A stretch of DNA of 64,000 bases from Felis catus (GCF_018350175.1 NC_058368.1:24554001-24618000), one strand, 5' to 3'. Counted from the first letter of the stretch, positions 1-12,250 are shown. The notes: generated by a model not told the origin, from the sequence alone. Numbers and translations: made by a program.

Positions 1-104
1 AGCTGTCAGCACAGAGCCCGACACGGGGCTTGAACTCACGGACCGTGAGATCATGTCCAGAGCCGAAGTCGGACGCTTAACTGACCAAGCCACCCAGGCG
101 CCCC
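1..104 (-). mobile_element. Can-SINE (5' part; cut by the window edge)
   Basis: Ends gccacccaggcgcccc. Confidence 0.9.
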
Positions 105-330
105 AAGGAGATTATTTATTTCATACACTACAAAGAATAGCATGAATGATACATGTATTTTCATAGTTTCGCAGAGTTCCCTCACCTAAGACCTAATTTC
201 ATGTCTATAGTGTCACAGGTATCAAAAAAAAAGTAGATTTGTTTCAATCTTTCACCAACAAAACTAGTAGCATTTAATGAAATCCATCTCTAAAAGCTTG
301 TTCTAAAACCACCACAATAACAATAAACCA

Positions 331-782
331 CAGTAGTGCCCCCTTACCTGTCGGGGATACGTGCCTAGACCCCCAGTAGATGCCCGAAACCACAAATAGC
401 AGTGAACCCTACATATACTGTGTCCTTTCTATACATACACACCTGTGATAAAGTTTATCTTATGAACCAGGCACGGTAAGAGATTAACAAGAAAAATAAT
501 AAAATAGGACAATTTTATCACTATACTATAATAAAAGCTATGGGAGTGTGGTCTCTTTGTCCTTCTCAGAAGGTCTGACCGCACTCTACTCCTCCTTCCT
601 GTGAGGACAGGAGATAAGCAAATGCCCATGTGATGAGACGAAATGCAGTTGACGACGCAGCAGGCACCGTGACGTAGTGTCACACTACTACTGACCTTGG
701 GAAGGTGCCTCAGAGGGAGGATCACCTGCCTCTGGCAAATGACACTATGGGAAGAGCAACCACAGATAAGGGAGGGCTAATG
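331..782 (-). mobile_element. MER44-like (TcMar-Tigger) non-autonomous DNA transposon
   Basis: Degenerate TIRs cagtagtgcccccttacc ... gataagggagggctaatg; interior is reverse-complementary to the copy at 38812. Confidence 0.75.
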
Positions 783-3269
783 AAATGTGCTTCTGATTCC
801 TGACTAATAAATGCCACAAAAGAAAAAAAGAAAAGCATTTACTAAGAGACCCGTTCCTAAATCAGGGACCATCTAAAACTTAACTTGAGTCAAACACCTC
901 CTCTCGGGCACCCACAATATGTTCCAACACCCTTGCTGATTTCCTTCTTCTACGATGTCTTTCCCATACTGCAAGGTGATCAGGAGTGTCCTAAGGGGTT
1001 GTCTAATCCACCTTGATTCATCAGTGCCAAAAATCAATTATCAAGCCTCAATATTTTTTCCCTTAATAGGAATAAACAATCCGCACATTCTAATTGCAAA
1101 GCAACCTATCCGGCCTTTGCAGAACGCAAATATTCATGTCTTCTTTACAGAAATGTGCCGTTCCGTGACTAACGGAAGTGTGACACATAAGGTCAGGAAC
1201 AAAGATGGCTCCTAAGGCCATCCCTCCACTCTCCTCTACAATCAGGACAAATGGAGATAAACTTCATCTTCAGGAAGCAGTATGCCGAGGGAGGTGTTGT
1301 TAGAACATTTACAACATCAGCAACTGAGATTGGTAAAGAAAGGTCTAGTCTTACAGGCTTCTTGTAGCATCTTCTTATAGCATTTGATCCTTAGCAAACC
1401 ATGCATCTCAAGGGTCTCAGCTAGAAGGTATAACTGAGGTCATTTAATGGCCTACTTATTCCTCGATGTCCTGATAAAGACATCAAGACCCAGTTGAGAG
1501 TCTCTGTCCCCTCTGCTGAAGCTGAAACAAAACCCTGGGTGACGTGAACCACATCTACACAAAATGTCTAACAATCCTTTCTGCTTGGGGAGACCTGATG
1601 CTAGGGAGAGCTGCTGGTGTGGACAAAATACAGCAGGACCCTATCCTGACCCCCATACACATACTGCTGCGGCTACGGCCCAATTCCAAAACCCAGGGAA
1701 GGAATTCAATCACAGTTGGCTGAAAGAACAAACAAATGAGTGACATTCTCCTCAGCCTTGCTAGGGCTGTTCCTGGCTGTCAACCACATGTGACAGGCAG
1801 CCATGGACCCCGTGTGTGGCCTTCCCTAAGGCTTTCTGGGCAACAAGTACCATAGTGAATTTAGCAAAATGTGCCATCTCTGTGGTCACACCCACCGGTC
1901 TTTCTCCTGTCATTGTCTTGCCCTCTCTTTAATCTAACAGTCATGTGTTTTGTGTCTCCTATAGGTCAAACTATTTCTAGCCACTACACTATCAATACAC
2001 ATGTCTGTGTGCTCTGGCCTGTGAAAAGAATGCATGATGCTTTTAGGGTTTCAAAATTCAAAATTCAAAATTTGAAAGTGCAAGTTTTGTTTCCAGTACT
2101 GGCCTGATTCATAATTGAGAACCGGGAGAACACGAAGTCGAGAAAAAATCTAAAAGCAGACACCGGGAAGCACAACCAAATCTGAATATATGGTTTAGAT
2201 TTTAAAAAGGAAAAAAAAAAAAAAAGAAAAATTTAGAAAGTCTTAAACCACAGTCTTTGTGGTTGTTCTTCAGCAGAAAAGGATTTCTTAGTACTGCAAT
2301 GACATTTATCATACCAATGTCCTGGGGTGGGGGGAAAATGACCATGTTCATTCTTATCCCCAGTAAACCCAGTTACAACCAAAAAGATAGACGTAACCTG
2401 CAGAATGAAAATTATCTGAGTGAATCATGCATACATAGGTAAAGCACATTCAGGAAAACTGATTTCATACCACACTCGTTACTACAACACTGTTGCAAAT
2501 TAGAGAAATACAGAATGTATGCTTATGAACAGCAGAAATATACACGTGCCAGTTGCTTTTAAGACATCTTATTAATAACAAAGAGATCCACGAGGCTTTC
2601 AACCATATGTCAGAAATTGTACCAAGTGACCCCTGCTCGTTTTCTAAAACCTTACTAATCACGAGAGAAAAAAGACGTCTGTTCATTTTAAAAGCTGGAA
2701 ATGTTTCCAGTTACCTATGAAAAATACAGTTCTCTTAACGAACTACTTCTACTCGATGTCACTGTTATCCCATAAATTTCCGTTTACTTTCCAGTAGTGA
2801 AGCAACTTCGCAACTCTCTGCTCTGTCAGTGCTTGGTCGTGTGGAAGCAGCTTGGAGAGTAACTTTTAGGGCAGACCAAAATAACCTTCCCCATCAGTTC
2901 CCGATTGACGCACAAATTCCACCCATATTTTACATGTAGCTTCAGCTCAGGATGATCCACTTCGTTTTCGTAACAAGTGGTACTTTACAAAACGTTATTA
3001 AATAGATACCACGTGGGTTTTGACTATACAGTTGTCACCAGACTGAAATGCCCTGGTAAAACTAAGAAATAAAGAGCTATGAAGTTCAGAGCACTTAGGA
3101 AGAAATCCAGGGGACAAAGCCTCAAAAAAAAGCACACGGGGGCACAGTTAAGAAGCCTAAGGAGAGGAACACAGGGTGCGGGACGTCTTCACAGAGTGCA
3201 TCATCATCAGAAAGAAAGGAGTGGGCGTCTCTGTTCTATCAGCAACACAGGCTACACAGCAAGGCAGAT

Positions 3270-3371
3270 CAGATTCAGGAGGTCTGGGGTGAAGCCTGAG
3301 GCTGCGTGACTGAGTGAGCTCCCGGGTGATCCCAACGCTGCTGATCCGTGGACCACACCGTGGGCGGCAAG
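3270..3371. mobile_element. MER5A-like hAT fragment
   Basis: gattcaggaggtctggggtg...ggtgatcccaacgctgctgatccgtggaccacac resembles the recalled MER5A end. Confidence 0.6.
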
Positions 3372-3682
3372 ATCTTAAATCAAGTGAGAAACACTGAGAT
3401 TAACATAACTTGCTGTGGGAAGGAATGAGGCGATGTGTGTAAGGAAATTTAGGTTCCCCAGAAGAAAGCTACTCTGTAACTAAAATTATAACTATCCCAG
3501 TGGTAAATTGAACAGACTATAATTTAAATGTCTTAATTATCCTTTTGTCTTTGAGTTTAGGTCCCATTGCCTAGAATTTCAGAATCATACATACTTTGGA
3601 TAAAGTTACAGACAGATTAATTTTTACTAACAAATATGTTTTTCTAATCTTATGTGATTTTTCTCACTAAGATAAATTTCTA

Positions 3683-4123
3683 GGGGCTTCTGGGTGGCTC
3701 AGTGGGTTAGGTGTCCGACTTCAGTTCAGGTCATGATCTTGCAGTTCATGGGTTTGAGACCCATGTCGGGCTCTGTGATGACAGCCTGAAGCCTGCTTCA
3801 TATTCTGTGTCTCTCTCTGCCCCTCCCCTGCTCATGCTCTGTCTCTATCTCTCAAGAATAAACAAACATTTGGGGCGCCTGGGTGGCGCAGTCGGTTAAG
3901 CGTCCGACTTCAGCCAGGTCACGATCTCACGGTCCGGGAGTTCGAGCCCTGCGTCAGGCTCTGGGCTGATGGCTCAGAGCCTGGAGCCTGTTTCCGATTC
4001 TGTGTCTCCCTCTCTCTCTGCCCCTCCCCCGTTCATGCTCTGTCTCTCTCTGTCCCAAAAATAAATAAACGTTGAAAAAAAATTAAAAAAAAAAAGAATA
4101 AATAAACATTTAAAAAAATTTTT
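3683..4123 (+). mobile_element. Can-SINE with a younger SINEC_Fc (3872-4095) nested in its tail
   Basis: Outer TSD taagataaatttcta (3668-3682 / 4124-4138); inner TSD aagaataaa(c/t)aaacattt (3854-3871 / 4094-4111). Confidence 0.95.
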
Positions 4124-4353
4124 TAAGATAAATTTCTAAGAAAAGCTACAGGTTTCCCCTGAGATACTGGAACATTACTACTGTTTGTACACTTCTTTTT
4201 TTCTTTTCTAGGCTAAACATCTGGTTTCTTCAATTATTCTTTGATTAATGTTTTGATTTCACTATTTTAGTTGTTCCATTCAAAAATTCGTTGTATCGGT
4301 CCACGTGTATCACTTCCCTGTTTACTACTAAAAAGCTGTTTTAAAAAACTATA

Positions 4354-4591
4354 GGGGCACCTGGGTGGCTCAGTCAGTTAAGCATCCCACTTTGGCTCAG
4401 GTCACGATCTCATGGTTCATGGGTTCGAGCCCCGTGTCGGGCTCTGTGCTGACAGCTCAGAGCCTGAAGCCTGCTTTGGATTCTGTGTCTCCCTTTTTCT
4501 CTGCCCCTCCCCTGCCCCTCCCCTGCTCACACTCTGTCTCTCTCTCTCTCAAAAATAAACATTAAAAAAAAAATTTTAAATAAAAAAATAA
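4354..4591 (+). mobile_element. Can-SINE
   Basis: tRNA-like head, CT tract, A tail, TSD tttaaaaaactata. Confidence 0.95.
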
Positions 4592-4635
4592 TTTAAAAAA
4601 CTATAAAATACCAATGAACAGGAACACAAAAATAT

Positions 4636-4855
4636 TAGTTTGCATTTACTGAATGTCTACGGTCTGTCAAGTACTGAGCTTTAGGTGGATTATCCCCTTA
4701 AAACTCCCAGCATCCCTTTCTCATCCTCAATTTGCAGAACAGGAAAATAAGGCCCAGAAAGATTAAGGAACTTGCCTGAGGCCCCACAGCTGGCAAGTGG
4801 CCAGGCCAGGATCTGTATAAGGAAACTTCAGAGGTCAGGTCCTTAACCACTACCT
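4636..4855 (-). mobile_element. MIR
   Basis: Reverse MIR core: tttgcagaacaggaaaataaggcccagaaagattaaggaacttgcctgagg. Confidence 0.7.
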
Positions 4856-6146
4856 ACATCACCTCTAAAAAAAATACCTAGAAAATATTCTCCTGTATAA
4901 AGGGAAAACACATTATATGAACTTTCCTGACTTCATGCAGTAGCTAAAAAAAAAAAGTCTTGGTTGAAATGTTAACAAATGATACAAATAAATGATTAAG
5001 GTCAAACCTTTGTAGGGATCTAATCAGATCAAATCACATCACTAACATCTAATATCTACTCTATGAAACAGAAGAGAAACCTAAGGGGGTTAGGGACTCT
5101 GAACTGCCTAGACCTAACATATGTGAGTACTGACATTCACACGTGCAGCCAGGAATCCGAAGGCATCTCTAGAGCCAAATATTCAGAGTGGCTTCTGAAT
5201 TAGAAGGTTTCCATACAAAAGGGAGGAAGGGTAGATAAGCCACAGAACATGGACAAAACCACACTCCATATCCCCAACCAAGACCCCCCCATGCATGAGA
5301 TAGATCACTGACTTAACTTGGCCATAAAAATGTCTTGGTACAGTGAAATCCATTTTTTTAAATTTGGCCAGGATTCTCAGGGCTATATTTCTTTAGCACC
5401 CAGAAAAGACCAGAATATTAGTGCTTTTGACCTGGCTGATTGAGGAGGATGGGTTACAGCAAATTTCACCAACACCTTTGAAAAAGAGGGAAACTAGAAC
5501 TGATTTGTCTTGGTAGCTGTCAGAATTAAACGTGGAATGTGAGACTTGACAAACTTTTAAAGATAAAAAGGTTTGCAATTTTATGACATCAAGATCAGTC
5601 TTTGGAGAATCCGTGGCAGAATATTCCTTGAGATTGCAACAGACAGACACTGGATGCCTCTGGCTTTGATCAACATGGATTTCTTGGGAATACATTTTTG
5701 AGAAATGGATTAAGTTCCCGGCTCCACCCTTGGCTGAACGGAACTGTCCTCTGTTTTCTTTCTGAGAGAGTAAGTCTTTGTGGTGCACGCTGTTGGGAGA
5801 GCTGGGGTAGGGCCTTTATTCCCGAGCTCAACAACCTCTGTGAAGTGCTTGGTAACACTTACTGTCTAACTCCACCCAAACCACGCTCGTCCCCCATGAA
5901 GACATCTACAGGAACTCAAAAGCAACCACTCGGCCACTGGAAAAATGAAATGATAGAAAAGACGAGAGCAACAGCTGTTTTCCCGTTGGTGGAAAAGCCT
6001 GGTAACAAGGGTCCTTTGTATCCTACAATTCAGTCAGATTTTTTCAACTCCCAGAGTCCCGTGAAATGAACAGCTTTTAGCTTACAGCCTTCACTTTCTT
6101 AAAAAAAAAAAACCAAAACAAAACTTTTTAAAGAGGTGGATACGGA

Positions 6147-6229
6147 GGGCCACCTGCGTGGCTCAGTTGGTTAAGTGTCCGGCTTCAGCCCAGGTCATGA
6201 TCTCATGGTTTGTGAGTTCAAGCCCCACG
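6147..6229 (+). mobile_element. Can-SINE head only (3' part absent)
   Basis: A/B-box head present; no CT tract or A tail. Confidence 0.85.
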
Positions 6230-6314
6230 ACTCAGGAGCGGCAGGGTGGCTGGAATAACCTGAAGGACGAAGCCGGCTTTGGTTGTGATTTTTGCCCCCT
6301 GCTTTCTTCAAGAT

Positions 6315-6540
6315 GGTGTAACAGTTAAGGGCATAAACTAGAGCCAAACTGCTGGGGTTGTGCCCCCGAAAGGACCACGTCACAGCAGAAAGATTGCCTA
6401 CAATTCCTCGTATCTACGCTGGGGATGATCGTGATGGTAGCTCGCCTTCCAGGGCCTTTGCGAGACTTTGATGAACCAATAAATCCCGTGTGCGTGGAGC
6501 CCGGGGCGACACATGGCACACATTGGGTGGATGCTGCTGG
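6315..6540 (+). mobile_element. MIR, highly diverged and GC-shifted
   Basis: gttaagggcataaactagagccaaactgctggggtt ... ttcctcgtatctacgctggggatgatc ... acatggcacacat is colinear with the MIR consensus. Confidence 0.6.
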
Positions 6541-7128
6541 TCTGACTGCAGCCCCATCCCTCAATTCCCATCTCCAGATCCTGCGGGCCCACTGCCTTCA
6601 TCCCAACTCCCAGTTCCCCTACGCGTTGTGGTTTTGCGTTCATTTCCGTCCCGGCCTTCCTACCTCACCTCCCTTTAAGCCTTTCCCTAAGATGCTCCAG
6701 GCACGGCCAACGCCATAGTCCACTCAGTGTACAAAGTGAATCAGGGGGTTAAGGGGGCAGGGGGTCAGAGGCAGGAGGCAAGAGCTCCCCTGCCGCCGTG
6801 GGGTTCGTTGAGGCAATGAGGACCCAACAAAACCCCAACACCGGCAAGGTTCCAATGTCAGGATGGAGATGGAACGTGGACCCAGTTTCTGGTACCACCA
6901 TGCTACAGAGATTGTGTCTTGCTTTATTTCATTACGCAGGTGAATGCTAGACCCACTGGTGAGGCGATCTAGAAGCCTACTCAGTGGTACATCTATCAGC
7001 AAGAGGATGAGTTCCAGCTGCACACGCCAACATCTGAAGCATTGCTCTACTGCTGCTACTAACAGTAATAAAATAATGATGACAGTGACGATGACGATGA
7101 CGACGACGACGACGACGACGAAGGCCTA

Positions 7129-7278
7129 GGGGCACCTGGGTGGTTCAGCCATCTAAGCGTCTGACCCTTGATTTCGGCTCAGGTCATCATCTCACAGTTT
7201 GTGAGTATGAGCCTCGCATCAGGCTCCACACTGACAGCACAGAGCCTGCTTGGGATTGATTCTCTCTCTCTCCCTCTC

Positions 7279-7333
<55 letters not shown>

Positions 7334-7346
7334 GCATTTAAAAAAA
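7129..7346 (+). mobile_element. Older Can-SINE with an expanded (TAAA)n tail
   Basis: gcctgcttgggatt type; (TAAA)n at ~7279-7333. Confidence 0.9.
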
Positions 7347-7430
7347 TGATAACAATAATATCAAAGGCCCAAAGACAGCCCTTGTACACAAATTCCCTTT
7401 CCTGGAGCTTCATTAGAACTGACTCAGCCA

Positions 7431-7679
7431 GGGGCGCCTGGGTGGTGCAGTCGGTTAAGCGTCCGACTTCAGCCAGGTCACGATCTCGCGGTCCGTGAGT
7501 TCCAGCCCCGCGTCGGGCTCTGGGCTGATGGCTCGGAGCCTGGAGCCTGTTTCCGATTCTGTGTCTCCCTCTCTCTCTGCCCCTCCCCTGTTCATGCTCT
7601 GTCTCTCTCTGTCCCAAAAATAAATAAACGTTGAAAAAAAATTTTTTTAATAAAAAAAAAATAAAACAAAAAAATAAAA
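7431..7679 (+). mobile_element. SINEC_Fc-type SINE
   Basis: Diagnostic cagccaggtcacgatctcgcggtccgtgag; no TSD seen. Confidence 0.95.
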
Positions 7680-10196
7680 CTTCTTCACAGAAAATAGTTC
7701 TTCTATAAGGCAATTTTCCAGAGCTAGCTCACTACCAAATAAGAATGTTTGGGTTAAAAGAGACTTAATTTTTTAAAAACTGGAGGCAAGGGGTGGGGGG
7801 CGGCCAGGAGAGAAACAAATTCTATGAAAAGGCCTTGGGGCTAGAAACTCAAAACAAATGTTCATGCCAAAATGCCCAAGAGCTTCCCTTGCCCTGGGCT
7901 CCTTCAGTAGCCACGTTTCGGACCTGCCTTTCTCAGGTACAGACTATAGTCTTGTCAAATTACCCTGAAGTTACACAAAGTTAACAAAGTTACAATGCAG
8001 GAGGTAAGATCAGGCGCCTCATGGTTCAATATTTTAAGTGGCAAGATGGTGAACAATGAGACAGATGTTTCTGAAATTAGATTTAACTGACAATTATTTC
8101 AATGTCCACACTGCTGACGTAGGTCAGAGACACAGCAGGCAGCTAGCTGCCTTTGGGTGAGTCTGCAGAAAAATTAACTCTGAAAGGTGTGAATATGGTG
8201 AAATGTGGTAAGGTGATTTAGGAAAGAAACTAAAGGTTATTTGCTTTGTTGTGATTACGGAGGTGTTATTACCTCTTTATCGTTCACATCATCAGACGGA
8301 TAGTGACCAGCCCCAGAAAAGAAGCCGGCTTTCCCCTCTATTCAACTCAGCTGGAAGAGGGACTAATATAGAGAAAGATCATTTTTTTTCTCACTAGCTA
8401 TAAAATGGGCATATATGGAAGCACCATTCCCGATACAGAAAAAATAACCATAGGCAAAAAACACAGAGCATGTCAATCGATCTAATATTGGCATCTTGAT
8501 CCATGGAATTCTATAGTGATTAATATCTCTCTGATGGGTTAAAAAAAAAAAAAAAAAAGATCACTGATGACTACCGAAGGTCCAGCCTAGAGTTAAGTTG
8601 TGTGTGGTGGGCTCGTATCAGGTAACAGTCTGCAAACTCTGCCCATAATTAGATGCTGCAGTCGAGCACACGACCACACTCCTGCTCAGCTGAGTCAACC
8701 AGACCAGGTTTCCAAAGACCATTCCTTTGGCCTATTTTGTTTTCATTGCCAAGTCTACATACAAATTCTTGAAAATGCAGCCCCTTTGCCCTGCACACAA
8801 CAAGTCCCCCACCTACACACCTGGGAAAACCACGTTCTTCATGAGGGAGGGAACGTTCAGCAGAATGTAGATTTCCCTGCAGAGCCAGAGACAGCCAGTT
8901 AAAATCATTAATAACACTCTTCCTCCCCAGAGAGCTCTCCCACAGCGTGCGTCCCCGCCCTTCCAGACAGGAGAGCCAAACCCCGGGCTGCCACCTCCCA
9001 AGATGTTAGCATCTTACTGCATAATTCAGGTGTTCCCAAATCCAGCCTAGTTGGTTCTCCACCAGCTCATGGAGGCCAGCCACCAAAGCCATTTCGGTTC
9101 TCAAGGGACTGCAAAGGACCAGCACATTAATTTTGGAGGGAATAAGAGAATTGAAAAACAGGGATAGGCTACTGTAAAGAAGAAAAACACGGTACTTCCG
9201 GCAGAATGCTGGTTCTTACAAACCAGAAAGGCAACCAGAATGTATCCAATTGTTAATCAGATGAGACAAAGACTCTTTTACTGTTTGTACATTACCAGGC
9301 TCCAGTCTTCATGTTTTCCTCCCAATTTTAATGAGACCCTCCAGCTGCTATTAATGTGTCATCCTTTTGCTTCTGCAACTCACTAAAAACAGCACTGTTT
9401 ACACAAGGTGGCACCCATGCCTGGGAACTGTCAGGGAAGCAGAGCCATTGTCTGCACGGGAAGCTTCCAAGGCTGGGCAGAGTGGTATTATGTCATGGAG
9501 ACTTTTATACTACGTGGGCGCCACAAAGCACACATCCTTTCTGTTCTTCCAAATTAAACACAGACGGCCATGGTTCAATTTGATTTTTAAAGCCAACCAC
9601 AGCCAGGAGATTTGAAGTTAAGGCTTCCTTTCCACACCTAATGCATCTCACTGCAGGAGGGTTCCAAGAGATACCGCATGTGCATGTGGTTATAAGGGAT
9701 GGAATAAAGAGTCAGGTTTTTATTTCAGCCTACGGCAGAGACTCCGTCTCTGGAAACTAAAAGCAAAGCTGACAGGAGGCGGGGGGGGGGGGGTGCCCTT
9801 GACTGCCTCCACCTTTCTGCTTCCAGAGTGGCTAAGCCCAGGGGCAGAACTGAGAAGATACCCCTGGCTCTTGGTCTCTGACCAACTTTAAACATCAGCA
9901 GACCAGAGGGTGGGTAGAGTTCCTCGGAGCTGCCGCCTGAAATCAGCCCAAGACACAATTTCCTTCTTTTCTTTTTCCTTCCTTGCTTTCTTGCTATTTC
10001 TTCTCTTCTGTTCATGCCTTTATAGCTGCCAGGAAACAGCTCACTTGGGATAAAACGCAACTGCATTTTGCAGTAAGGACCTCAATACCTTCTCTCACTC
10101 ATTTTACAATAAAGCCGGTGGCTATGCTGCCATCTGTCAGAATTAATTCATTTCATTCATTCATTCATTCTTTCAACACTATTGAGCATGCATTCT

Positions 10197-11673
10197 GGTA
10201 GGCAGAATTTTAAGATGGTCCCCAAGATCTCTGTCCCCCTCTTATATATATATCCTGTATAAGCCTCTCCCCTTGAATATGAGTGGGACCTGTGAATCTG
10301 ACAGGATATTACTCCCATGATTATGTTACACAGCAAAAGGATCTGGCAAAAGTAATTATGTTCCCCAACTGGTTGACTTTGAATTCATAAACAGAGAGAG
10401 GCTCCCGAGTGGGCCTGACCTAATCAAGCAATGTGCTTTTTTCTAATGTTTATTTATTTATTTTCAGGGAGGGAGGGAGAGAGGGGCAGAGAGGGGGGAG
10501 GGGAGAGAATCCCAAGCAGGCTCTGTGCTGTCAATACAGAGCCTGACGCACGGCTGGATCTCATGAACCGTGAGAACATGACCTGAGCGGAAATCAGGAG
10601 TCAGACACTAAACTGACTGAGCCCTAAGGCAATGCTTTTTTTTTTTTTAACATGTTTTTGAAGTTTGTTTATTTATTTTGAAAGAGAGAGAAAGACAGCA
10701 TGCAGGGGAGGGGAGGAGAGAGACAGGGAGACAGAGAGAATCCCAAGCAGGCTTGACACTGTTAGCTGGAAGCCTGTTGCAGAGCTCAGGCTTGAACTGA
10801 GGAACTGCAAGATCATGACCCAAGCTGAAATCAAGAGTCGGACACTTAACCAACTGAGCCACCCAGGCACCCCAAGGCAACGCTTTTTTTTTTAATATTT
10901 TTTTTTTTTCAACGTTTATTTTGGGGACAGAGAGAGACAGAGCATGAACGCGGGAGGGGCAGAGAGAGAGGGAGACACAGAATCGGAAACAGGCTCCAGG
11001 CTCTGAGCCATCAGTCCAGAGCCTGACGCGGGGCTCGAACTCACGGACGGCGAGATCGTGACCTGGCTGAAGTCGGACGCTTAACCGACTGCGCCACCCA
11101 GGCGCCCCCCCAAGGCAACGCTTTTTAAAGAGGGCCTGGAACTGGGACCCTCTTTTTTTTTTTTTTTAATTTTTTTTTTCAACGTTTATTTATTTTGGGA
11201 CAGAGAGAGACAGAGCATGAACGGGGGAGGGGCAGAGAGAGAGGGAGACACAGAATCGGAAACAGGCTCCAGGCTCCGAGCCATCAACCCAGAGCCTGAC
11301 ACGGGGCTCGAACTCATGGACCGCGAGATCATGACCTGGCTGAAGTCGGACGCTTAACCGACTGCGCCACCCGGGCGCCCCTGGGACCCTCTTTTAAAGA
11401 AAAAAAAAAAAAAAGCCACCATGAGTTCCATAACCACAAGGAAGTGAATTTTGCCAATAATCTCATGAACTTGGAAGAAGACTGAGCCTCAGCAGAGGGG
11501 GGAAGCCCTGGCCATCACCTTGATGACAGTCTTGTGAGACCCAAATCAGAGGACCTCATAAAACCGTGCCCTTCCTCCTGGCCCGGGGAAACTGTGACAT
11601 AACAAATGCTGTGTTGTTTTAAGTGACTACGTTTTTTGTGGCAATTTCTTATGACGTAATGGAAAACTACCAC
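10197..11673 (+). mobile_element. MLT1 (MaLR) solo LTR, MLT1E/F-like, interrupted by four SINEs
   Basis: Start ggtaggcagaattttaagatggtcccc, internal gggcctgacctaatca, end tgttgttttaagtgactacg...ggaaaactaccaca are typical MLT1 features. Confidence 0.8.
10437..11381 (-). mobile_element. Four tandem Can-SINEs (10437-10625, 10641-10873, 10888-11108, 11157-11381)
   Basis: Each has a poly-T tail, GA tract and reverse head; TSD details are in the findings. Confidence 0.95.
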
Positions 11674-12120
11674 AAATCCCCATGTGGGCCTAGCACTGTG
11701 CTCAGATGCTGAGGACAGAGAAATAGAGAATATAACACAATGAGGGACATAAAGTACAAAATTGCATGGGAACACGAGGGAGCCTCTAATTCTGGCTGGG
11801 GCAGAGTGGTTGAGGACATCCAAAGAGAAACAGCATGCTCCCCAATCTTTCAAAGGGCACCAAAGTTGACCACATTTAAAACTCGGAGCTCTAGTCAACA
11901 ACAGCATTGTGAACACGTCGTGATAGCCCCTCCTGGGTCTCAGAATATACACTGATCATCGCCTTAAAGAACACAATTATTTCTGTAGAGTCCAGCAGCA
12001 AGTGACAACTTTGGTCAGGACTCCATGTTATCAGAAGGAAAGGAACTTAAATTGTGTCACTTGGGAATTTTTACACGGAGAGAACCTGAATCCTACAGAA
12101 AAAAAAAAAGTGGGGGGCGG

Positions 12121-12250
12121 GGGAATAGGATAGGATAGGAAAGGAAAGAGAGAAAAGAGAAGAGAGAAGAGAGAGGAGAGGAGAGGAGAGGAGAGGAGAG
12201 GAGAGGAGAGGAGAGGAGAGGAGAGGAGAGGAGAGGAGAGGAGAGGAGAA
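12121..12250. repeat. Polypurine tract with a (GGAGA)n pentanucleotide microsatellite
   Basis: Read directly from the sequence. Confidence 0.95.

Noticed and set aside
2905..2932. Faint resemblance to the U6 snRNA 3' end
   Set aside because: Too short and gapped; no other U6 sequence or TSD.
7219..7713. Recurrent peptides such as [26 protein letters not shown] and [13 protein letters not shown] in many ORFs, resembling a gene family
   Set aside because: They are translations of Can-SINE copies.
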